From a virus (taxonomy: Duplodnaviria > Caudoviricetes): DNA of 64,000 nt. Position 1 is the stretch's first letter; each line of letters opens with the position of its first letter. The translations under genes and the position numbers were made by a program. Below, piece after piece: positions 57,844 through 64,000 of this stretch. The notes beneath the pieces are model-generated. The model had not been told where the DNA came from. It did no database searches and saw nothing but the letters and a program-made list of their open reading frames with translations. The stretch is taken from IMG/VR virus record IMGVR_UViG_3300032050_000002. The stretch is one strand, 5' to 3'.

Positions 57844-58689
57844 ATGCGACTTAAAGAAACTATGATAAAAAGATTATTTAATCTTTATGATGATATATTT
57901 AAGAAATTAAAGTTAGAAATTTATACCGATGAATCGGGAACCATATATGGAAAATGGTTTGATAAAAATGAAAAATTAATTTTCAGTAGAAATCATTTTG
58001 GAACATTATGGGTCGATGACTGCGACTCATATACCACACTATGGATTTATTCAAAGGCATTATCCCTAAATAAAGAAGAGTTTGAATTATCTTTAATAGA
58101 TTATTTGAATCTAAAATATCAAAACCAATCAAAAAATAGACCAATAAAAAGTATTGGTGATGAAAATCATTGTTTGGAGGATATGGAAGATGAAACCGAA
58201 AATTTGCAAGAATCCATAAGAAGAATATTAAGGGAAGAAACGGATTTTTATTATAATCTAAAGACGGTTGCGTTTGAAGAACTACCATTTGAATATCAGA
58301 GGTCATTAATAATTTATATGTATGAAGGACCCGTTGTTGATTGGTCATTAGACCTGGATAGGGACATTGTTTCAAAGAATGATGAACTTGTTAAGGTTCT
58401 AATAAATGATTATATGTCGGTAGGTAGAAATAAGAACAAATCATTTGCTTATGGTATAGTTCCAATGAAAACTCTAACAAAAGAAATTGCCGAGAGAATG
58501 GGATATGATAACTACAATGATTATCATAAAGATTATGTAGGTTCAAATTATGTTCAAAAACATAAAGAGTCGGTATGGCCAATTATTCTAAATCCTGACA
58601 ATGATGAATTAATAGAAGATGGTTGGCATAGATTCCACGATTATTATAGTAGGGGATTAAAGAAAGTTCCAGTGGTTATGTTTATGTAG
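57844..58689 (+). CDS. Two-module protein with C-terminal ParB/Srx-like domain
   Basis: Internal LQESIRRILREE; WPIIL...IEDGWHRF...VPV. Confidence 0.6.
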   Translation: MRLKETMIKRLFNLYDDIFKKLKLEIYTDESGTIYGKWFDKNEKLIFSRNHFGTLWVDDCDSYTTLWIYSKALSLNKEEFELSLIDYLNLKYQNQSKNRPIKSIGDENHCLEDMEDETENLQESIRRILREETDFYYNLKTVAFEELPFEYQRSLIIYMYEGPVVDWSLDLDRDIVSKNDELVKVLINDYMSVGRNKNKSFAYGIVPMKTLTKEIAERMGYDNYNDYHKDYVGSNYVQKHKESVWPIILNPDNDELIEDGWHRFHDYYSRGLKKVPVVMFM

Positions 58690-58708
58690 AAATTACAAAC
58701 TAATCATA

Positions 58709-59074
58709 TTAGTTTAAGTCCCAACATATTTCTGTAAGGTATTTGTCAGTTCCGTTTACTTTAGAAACTTCTTCTTTGTGTTTAGTTATAAATTCTTCAT
58801 TATAATTTCCCAAAACACCTTGGTCCCAATGATTTAATTTTGCAATACGAATAAACTTTCCATATTCTTTTTCGGTCAATCTACCCTTCAAAGGTATTAC
58901 ACTTCCAACACAAGTATTCCACTTTGTTTTTCTACCATTATATGTTACATAGTAATAATCTTGCTCATCATCACCAATAGCAATTAACCTTTCTATATCC
59001 CAAGATTCAGTTATTACAAATTGACCTTTAAGTTCTTCAAATTCTGATAATATTTTTTGTAAGTTACTATCCAT
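58709..59074 (-). CDS. Hypothetical protein
   Basis: ORF track. Confidence 0.72.
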   Translation of the reverse strand: MDSNLQKILSEFEELKGQFVITESWDIERLIAIGDDEQDYYYVTYNGRKTKWNTCVGSVIPLKGRLTEKEYGKFIRIAKLNHWDQGVLGNYNEEFITKHKEEVSKVNGTDKYLTEICWDLN

Positions 59075-59075
59075 A

Positions 59076-59732
59076 TTATTTTATTGTATGATTTAATACC
59101 TTGTCAACATAACTTTCTTCATCAATCATTTCGCCACCATCCATATTAGTTACCGTATGATTTAATATATCTTCCACCTCAGATTTAAATTGGTGAAGAT
59201 GGTCATTAGCAGTACCAGGAGTACATTTCAATATCTCTCCCATCCACTTATCCAAACTTGATGCGGTTTTATCAACCTTACAATTTAATACTTCTTCCAC
59301 CAATTCAGGAGCGTAATAAACACCACCATCTGTTGCATTAACCTTACAATTTAATACCTCTTCCACCTCTTCATTCATAAAAAAGACAACACGTACGGTT
59401 GTATTAACCTTACAATTTAATACCTCTTCCACCCGGTTATAAATGGTGATGGCACCAACAGCAGTTGTATTAACCTTACAATTTAATACCTCTTCCACCC
59501 AATCTTTTAAAATGGGCTCAAATCGAGCGGAGTCAAGAGAAAATAATAAGAAAAAATCATTAAAGAAACTATATCTCCACCACAATCTACCATCTTTTTG
59601 TAGTTCAAAATACCAGTACTTCTTTTGTCTGTCAATAAACCATATATTACCATTATAGTTGATAATCTCAGTCTTCCCAAGTTCTCTATATAGTTCATCA
59701 AAGACAATCTTTTTTAATTTATCTGAAATCAT
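59076..59732 (-). CDS. MISDKL-family protein with 22-aa constant/variable repeats
   Basis: (VEEVLNCKVNxT + 10 variable aa) x3-4; ATG 4 nt after TATCTTTG. Confidence 0.8.
   Translation of the reverse strand: MISDKLKKIVFDELYRELGKTEIINYNGNIWFIDRQKKYWYFELQKDGRLWWRYSFFNDFFLLFSLDSARFEPILKDWVEEVLNCKVNTTAVGAITIYNRVEEVLNCKVNTTVRVVFFMNEEVEEVLNCKVNATDGGVYYAPELVEEVLNCKVDKTASSLDKWMGEILKCTPGTANDHLHQFKSEVEDILNHTVTNMDGGEMIDEESYVDKVLNHTIK
59266..59499. repeat. CRISPR-like array: four 36-bp repeats, three 30-bp unrelated spacers
   Basis: GTTGTATTAACCTTACAATTTAATACCTCTTCCACC at 59464, 59398, 59332 (1 mismatch), 59266 (3 mismatches); internal GTATTAA/TTAATAC palindrome. Confidence 0.85.
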
Positions 59733-59769
59733 AATACAAAGATAATAATAAAAAATGGATTAGACAAAT

Positions 59770-59920
59770 TTAATTAGGTATTCTCAATTTATTAAAAATA
59801 AGTGGTCTTCTTACTTGTTGTGTCTAACACCTTGATTTGCGAGGTATTCCCGACAAAGGCTTAATCTTACCAAAACAAAATACTGCGTCTAACACCTTAA
59901 TTTGTAAGGTATTCTCAACC
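59770..59920. repeat. Decayed repeat-spacer array, periods 65 and 66 bp
   Basis: 59885-59920 vs 59820-59855 (29/36 identical); third partial copy AGGTATTCTCAA at 59776. Confidence 0.75.
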
Positions 59921-60165
59921 CACTTACCGATAAGGTTTTTAGAATCAAGATACTCTAAAGAAAAAAAAGAAGAAATTTCGTCCACCAAATCAACATTAAA
60001 ATAACACTTACCAACATTTTTATCGTATTTAATTTGAAAAAACTCATCTTCTATCGAATTAAAAAAATAAATATAAACCCCCTTTTCAACCTTAACAAAG
60101 TCCTGATTATCCAAGTACTTAAAGATTACTTGTTCCATTTTAGATTCGGTGATAATGAATTTCAT
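59824..60165 (-). CDS. MKFIITE-family small protein
   Basis: MKFIITESKM..YLDNQDF..WVENTLQIKV. Confidence 0.78.
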   Translation of the reverse strand: MKFIITESKMEQVIFKYLDNQDFVKVEKGVYIYFFNSIEDEFFQIKYDKNVGKCYFNVDLVDEISSFFSLEYLDSKNLIGKWVENTLQIKVLDAVFCFGKIKPLSGIPRKSRC

Positions 60166-60177
60166 ATAAGATAAATA

Positions 60178-60555
60178 TTAGTAGATGTGTTCATTATCAT
60201 AAAATGTCATTATTTCGTTAGTTTTAATATTCATATGTTTTTCAAACCATTTTAATAAATGACTTTGTATTTCTTCCCAAGTTTTCATGCTAAACAAATT
60301 AAATATATAACCGTAAAAATCATCGGCCAAATAAACTTCTGAATTGCCAAAAGCAATACGTGATTTAGAGCCCTTATATTCTTTATTTAAAGTTAATATA
60401 ATAATAACTTCATTATCGTTATCATCATACCAAACATCTCTATGATACAACCCATTAGGATTAGGAACTCTTTTATGTTTTAATCCCAAAAATAGTTCGC
60501 CAATAAAAGAATCAATTATATTATCTAATTTAGATTCGGTGATAATGAATTTCAT
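60178..60555 (-). CDS. ITE-leader small protein
   Basis: MKFIITESKL; LKWFE. Confidence 0.75.
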   Translation of the reverse strand: MKFIITESKLDNIIDSFIGELFLGLKHKRVPNPNGLYHRDVWYDDNDNEVIIILTLNKEYKGSKSRIAFGNSEVYLADDFYGYIFNLFSMKTWEEIQSHLLKWFEKHMNIKTNEIMTFYDNEHIY

Positions 60556-60591
60556 ATAGTAATAAATATGAAGATAATAAGAAATTATGAA

Positions 60592-60765
60592 CTACTTCTT
60601 AATCACCTTAATATCAGAGACATTTCTTGTTTCTTTAAGATACTTTTTGGCGTCTTTAATGGAGTTATGTAACTTATAGGGGAGTCTAGGTATTAAACCT
60701 GATTTTTCTGTATATACGTGTATGTAGTTATTACAAGGAAAAGTTATAACGGTTGTTTTTTTCAT
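60592..60765 (-). CDS. 57-aa hypothetical protein (not in ORF track)
   Basis: ATG 4 nt after TATATTTG; translated by hand. Confidence 0.55.
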   Translation of the reverse strand: MKKTTVITFPCNNYIHVYTEKSGLIPRLPYKLHNSIKDAKKYLKETRNVSDIKVIKK

Positions 60766-60785
60766 AATACAAATATAAGAATAAA

Positions 60786-60977
60786 TTAATCAAAAATGTA
60801 ATCCCCATCAATTAGTCTTTTAATCTTTTCCAACCATTGTGATGAGTGGGAAATATAACTATTAAATTTCTCTATCTCATCAAAAGAATATAATGATTTG
60901 TCTCTATTCTGATTATACTCAATATAACTTTCGAGTTTGGTTTTCTCCTGTTCGTAAAACTTTTCTAAATTATCCAT
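60786..60977 (-). CDS. Hypothetical protein
   Basis: ATG 4 nt after TATCTTTG. Confidence 0.7.
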   Translation of the reverse strand: MDNLEKFYEQEKTKLESYIEYNQNRDKSLYSFDEIEKFNSYISHSSQWLEKIKRLIDGDYIFD

Positions 60978-61014
60978 AATACAAAGATAATAATAAATTA
61001 TGAACTAAACAAAC

Positions 61015-61329
61015 TTAGTGATTATAACCTGGCTCACTATGAAATTCATAACCTTCCCCACAATCAAAGTAACAAGATACATTAGGGACTCTACCGTATT
61101 TTTTAAGGGGAGATAACATTTCAAAAAGGAGTTTTACTTCGGTATCAATTTCCATTTGTTTTTTAGCGGGTAAACACTCCTCAGATTTTAAATAACAAGC
61201 ATATTCTGACCCAACCATAAACTTTAAATTAGGGATATCATTAAACCTATCCTCAACTTTAACATCATAAAGATAAGGGTATTTTTTAAAGATTAATTTT
61301 CTTACTACATTTTCTAATAGTTCTTCCAT
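61015..61329 (-). CDS. Hypothetical protein
   Basis: ATATTTAT upstream. Confidence 0.7.
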   Translation of the reverse strand: MEELLENVVRKLIFKKYPYLYDVKVEDRFNDIPNLKFMVGSEYACYLKSEECLPAKKQMEIDTEVKLLFEMLSPLKKYGRVPNVSCYFDCGEGYEFHSEPGYNH

Positions 61330-62046
61330 AATAGTATAAATATAAAGATAATAAGAAATTATGAACTAAACAAACTCACTCCCATACATTCCCCACCTTC
61401 AGTGGGTCGTTCCACTACACTTCGTTTCGTTTCACTAATGTATTTCGTTCCTTTGTTCATTTCATAATTTCCCCCACTTTATTACAGGAACGTATTATAA
61501 TTCTATTTTGGTGTTGTGGTAAAATTCTATTTTGATGTAAAAACCTATATGGTGAATTATATGGTGGGAATTTGTGGTAAGTTATTATGGTAAGGTTTCA
61601 CCTTTAAAGAATAACTTTATTTTATCCCATATATAGTGTTCCTAACTATGAGGGGGAAGTCTGAGATGGTCATATGAATGGTCACTAAATGGGGACTAAT
61701 GTCCTTACGTTGAAGGTTAATAATGTAAAACTCTAACACACTAAAGTGTTTCCCGCGTTTAGGGACACTAACTAATATTTTTAGCTGGGAAATACATATA
61801 CTAAAAAAAATGGAGCCCACGATAGCGTCAGAGGGGTTTTTTTGTGTTTCTGATACTAATAACGAAGAAAGGTGGTGGGAGAAAGTGTAAATAAGTGGTA
61901 AGAGGTGGTAATAAAAGGTGGGAAAGGGATTATCCCCTATCTGACACGTAACTGACATTATGACAAATCCAAATAATTTAACATTTATTTTTATTAACAA
62001 TCCCCTATATTACTACCAATAAACCAAATTTTTTTATATAAGGGAT

Positions 62047-62352
62047 ATGTACCAAACAGGTGTTTTAGAGGACTTTATTACAGAGGTCTCCAAGGAAGGA
62101 GAAGAATATATTATAAAATACTCAAGTGGTGAGTATAAGGGAGAGTGTAGATATAAGATGATGGAACTTACAGGTAAGAACAAACCCATAAGGCAAACCC
62201 CCATGATACTGACTCATTCTAACATGGGGGATATTATAGAGAAGATACATAAGGACAATACCTTAAGCTCTGAAGATTTTAATTCTCTATCTATGGATAT
62301 AAGGGAGCACTCACTTAAAAGATTAAATGAGTTTCTTTCTATACTCCCTTAG
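62047..62352 (+). CDS. Hypothetical protein
   Basis: ORF track. Confidence 0.6.
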   Translation: MYQTGVLEDFITEVSKEGEEYIIKYSSGEYKGECRYKMMELTGKNKPIRQTPMILTHSNMGDIIEKIHKDNTLSSEDFNSLSMDIREHSLKRLNEFLSILP

Positions 62353-62733
62353 AATTTCTTTAAAGATATATTCATTACTTATAGCTTCCCTTTCAAAGGG
62401 ATGGTCATCATAACCATACTTGTTTAGTAATTTCATATACTTACTAATGCAAGGTTGTAAAGAGTGGGTGTACTCATGACAGATAAGACTTACAACATCC
62501 TTGATAGTTTTATTCTGTTTAAGCATTATAGTTATCTCATGCTCATAAGGGTCATAAAAACCATAACACTCATTACTAATGTCACCATTATAAATTCCAT
62601 AAGTTAATTCCTTTTTCTTTCTCTTATTAATACCAAGTTTATTCTTACAATACTCAAGGGAAAACATAACGAGCTCATTTATTTCAATGAGTGAATAATT
62701 CTTTAACCTATCTCTACTTAGATATTTTTTCAT
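62323..62733 (-). CDS. HExxH metallopeptidase-like protein
   Basis: LICHEYTHSLQ...HPFEREA. Confidence 0.65.
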   Translation of the reverse strand: MKKYLSRDRLKNYSLIEINELVMFSLEYCKNKLGINKRKKKELTYGIYNGDISNECYGFYDPYEHEITIMLKQNKTIKDVVSLICHEYTHSLQPCISKYMKLLNKYGYDDHPFEREAISNEYIFKEILREYRKKLI

Positions 62734-62894
62734 TACCTATAAAATTTGTTATTTAATATTGCCACGGTAATACCAAATACCGTAACCGCGAATGCTGTAA
62801 TAGATAGACCATACTCTTTAATTAATAGTCCATAGATTGCCATCATAAAAACCCCAAGCGTTGGGATTAATAAAATTATACTTGTCGTTTTCAT
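62733..62894 (-). CDS. 53-aa membrane protein (not in ORF track)
   Basis: Translated by hand; two hydrophobic segments. Confidence 0.55.
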   Translation of the reverse strand: MKTTSIILLIPTLGVFMMAIYGLLIKEYGLSITAFAVTVFGITVAILNNKFYR

Positions 62895-62897
62895 ATT

Positions 62898-63101
62898 TTA
62901 TTTTTTAATTCTTTTCATCACCTTCATGGCTTTCTTATATGACTTATAGAACTTAGGGGCTCTAAATACAAGTAACCATGTATTAACCAATTCATCATCA
63001 AGATAAGTCCAATTACCAAATATGTTTTTCTCTTGGATTCCCCAAGCTATCTCACCCGTAACAAATTTGTGTTCAACTATTCTAACGTCTCTCATTGTCA
63101 T
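62898..63101 (-). CDS. Hypothetical protein
   Basis: Start reassigned after host-type promoter. Confidence 0.65.
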   Translation of the reverse strand: MTMRDVRIVEHKFVTGEIAWGIQEKNIFGNWTYLDDELVNTWLLVFRAPKFYKSYKKAMKVMKRIKK

Positions 63102-63192
63102 TAATTTTATCTTACAAAGATACAAACTTTATTTCACCTGGCCAAATAAAAATAAATTTTTTTATATCAATTATTTTTCTTATCTTTGTAGT

Positions 63193-63267
63193 ATGATAAA
63201 TGAAACACTAATAGCAAGAGTATTCGGGGGACTAATGTTAATCATATTATTATCCACTCTAATGTAG
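63193..63267 (+). CDS. 24-aa membrane peptide
   Basis: ATG 4 nt after TATCTTTG; MINETLIARVFGGLMLIILLSTLM. Confidence 0.5.
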   Translation: MINETLIARVFGGLMLIILLSTLM

Positions 63268-63646
63268 ACACATTCTAAATAACAGGTGGGAACACCAATA
63301 CGTTGTAACCTAATTAGGAGACCGAGTGTACTCCCACGTGCTTTACATTCTACAATCCCCCACACTTATGAGCATACTGGAGTATACCCTCTTAGATACA
63401 TATGACTTATCTGACCCGTCTCGGTTATTAACCACTGACAATACAAAGGTACGAAATCCCCCCGACATATACAAATTTATTATTGTTAAAAGTTATTAAC
63501 ATGACACAGTGTCTGTTAATAAATTTATTTGGTTATGTCCCCCATTTGACATGACACTCAGAGATTACTTATAGAAGAGGTGGGAGGGGTATTATGTTTT
63601 TGGGGTAAAGGATATGACATACCTCCCCCCTGATTCCCTTATAGGT

Positions 63647-63678
63647 GGGGTATACCCCTCCCCTCCCCGTATCCCCCC
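63647..63678 (-). other. G-quadruplex motif and GGGGTATACCCC palindrome in non-coding region
   Basis: Plus strand CCCC-T-CCCC-T-CCCC-GTAT-CCCCCC. Confidence 0.6.
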
Positions 63679-63816
63679 TCCATATATGACATATTGACGG
63701 GGTAAAAAGGGGGGATAATCCTCTTTGCAATGTATTCATAAAAAATTTCCAGAAAAAATTTTTGGAAAATTTCCCCATTATAGTCAGGTAGTATATTTAT
63801 ATATAAAAATATTATT

Positions 63817-64000
63817 ATGAAAAAAGTTATAAGATTAACGGAAAGGGATTTAATGAAGCTTGTAAAAAAGGTTATTAAAGAATCAGAAAAAGAAACTGAA
63901 TTAGATTCAGATTTCTATGATAATGAATTAAATGATGAAAAGGTTATTAATAGTGTTAAATGGTATTTGAAGGACGTTGAAGGTGTTAATCTTCGAGGAG
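63817..64000 (+). CDS. LTE-leader protein, 3'-truncated by window edge
   Basis: MKKVIRLTERDLMKLVKKVIKE; ATATTTAT at 63793. Confidence 0.75.
   Translation, partial: MKKVIRLTERDLMKLVKKVIKESEKETELDSDFYDNELNDEKVINSVKWYLKDVEGVNLRG

Noticed and set aside
59302-59463. DGR-type mutagenesis as the source of the variable spacers
   Set aside because: Spacer differences are not restricted to adenine positions on either strand.
59266-59499. A bona fide CRISPR-Cas locus
   Set aside because: No cas gene or AT-rich leader in the window, and the array lies within an intact ORF. Reported as a CRISPR-like repeat instead.
61617-62000. 127-aa minus-strand ORF and the 63569-63778 ORF
   Set aside because: No promoter or start context, atypical composition, and they lie in repeat-rich non-coding DNA.
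63781-63789. TAGTCAGG match to the tRNA-scaffold 5' end
   Set aside because: No D-arm, T-arm or complementary CCTGACT follows; probably chance.
1-64000. Stop-codon reassignment
   Set aside because: Long ORFs are intact under code 11, and TAA, TAG and TGA all end genes at sensible positions.

Overview
AT-rich, gene-dense segment of a large tailed dsDNA phage that probably infects a Bacteroidota host. The host call rests on TTTG-N20-TAnnTTTG promoters, lipoproteins and a T9SS-style protein. All family names below come from motif recognition; no database search was run. Recognisable genes are three orphan DNA methyltransferases, thioredoxin, glutaredoxin, DUF932, a PcfJ-like protein, an HNH endonuclease, a DHH phosphoesterase, DUF192, smpB, a DUF1566 protein and a tail-fibre-like protein, an exported non-specific nuclease, a ferritin-like protein, a putative lysin, uvrC, a metallophosphoesterase and a HAD protein. 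Two promoter classes are visible: host-type promoters, often sitting exactly 4 nt before the start codon (probably leaderless), and a phage ATATTTAT motif that precedes many proteins carrying an N-terminal [LIV]-x-E leader, resembling capsid-packaged internal proteins. Three unusual systems stand out. (1) 36.86-37.93 kb: four attC-like hairpins delimit integron-like cassettes; one site contains its own promoter, start codon and leader peptide fused in frame to the next cassette. (2) 38.84-39.91 kb: five tRNA scaffolds share an AGTCAGG acceptor stem, but the anticodon arm is replaced by unrelated 40-80 nt domains. (3) CRISPR-like arrays of 36-bp repeats with 29-30-bp spacers sit at the same codon position at the 3' ends of three paralogous genes (16.3, 59.3 and 59.8 kb). 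No integrase, cas gene, reverse transcriptase or tmRNA was found in the window.
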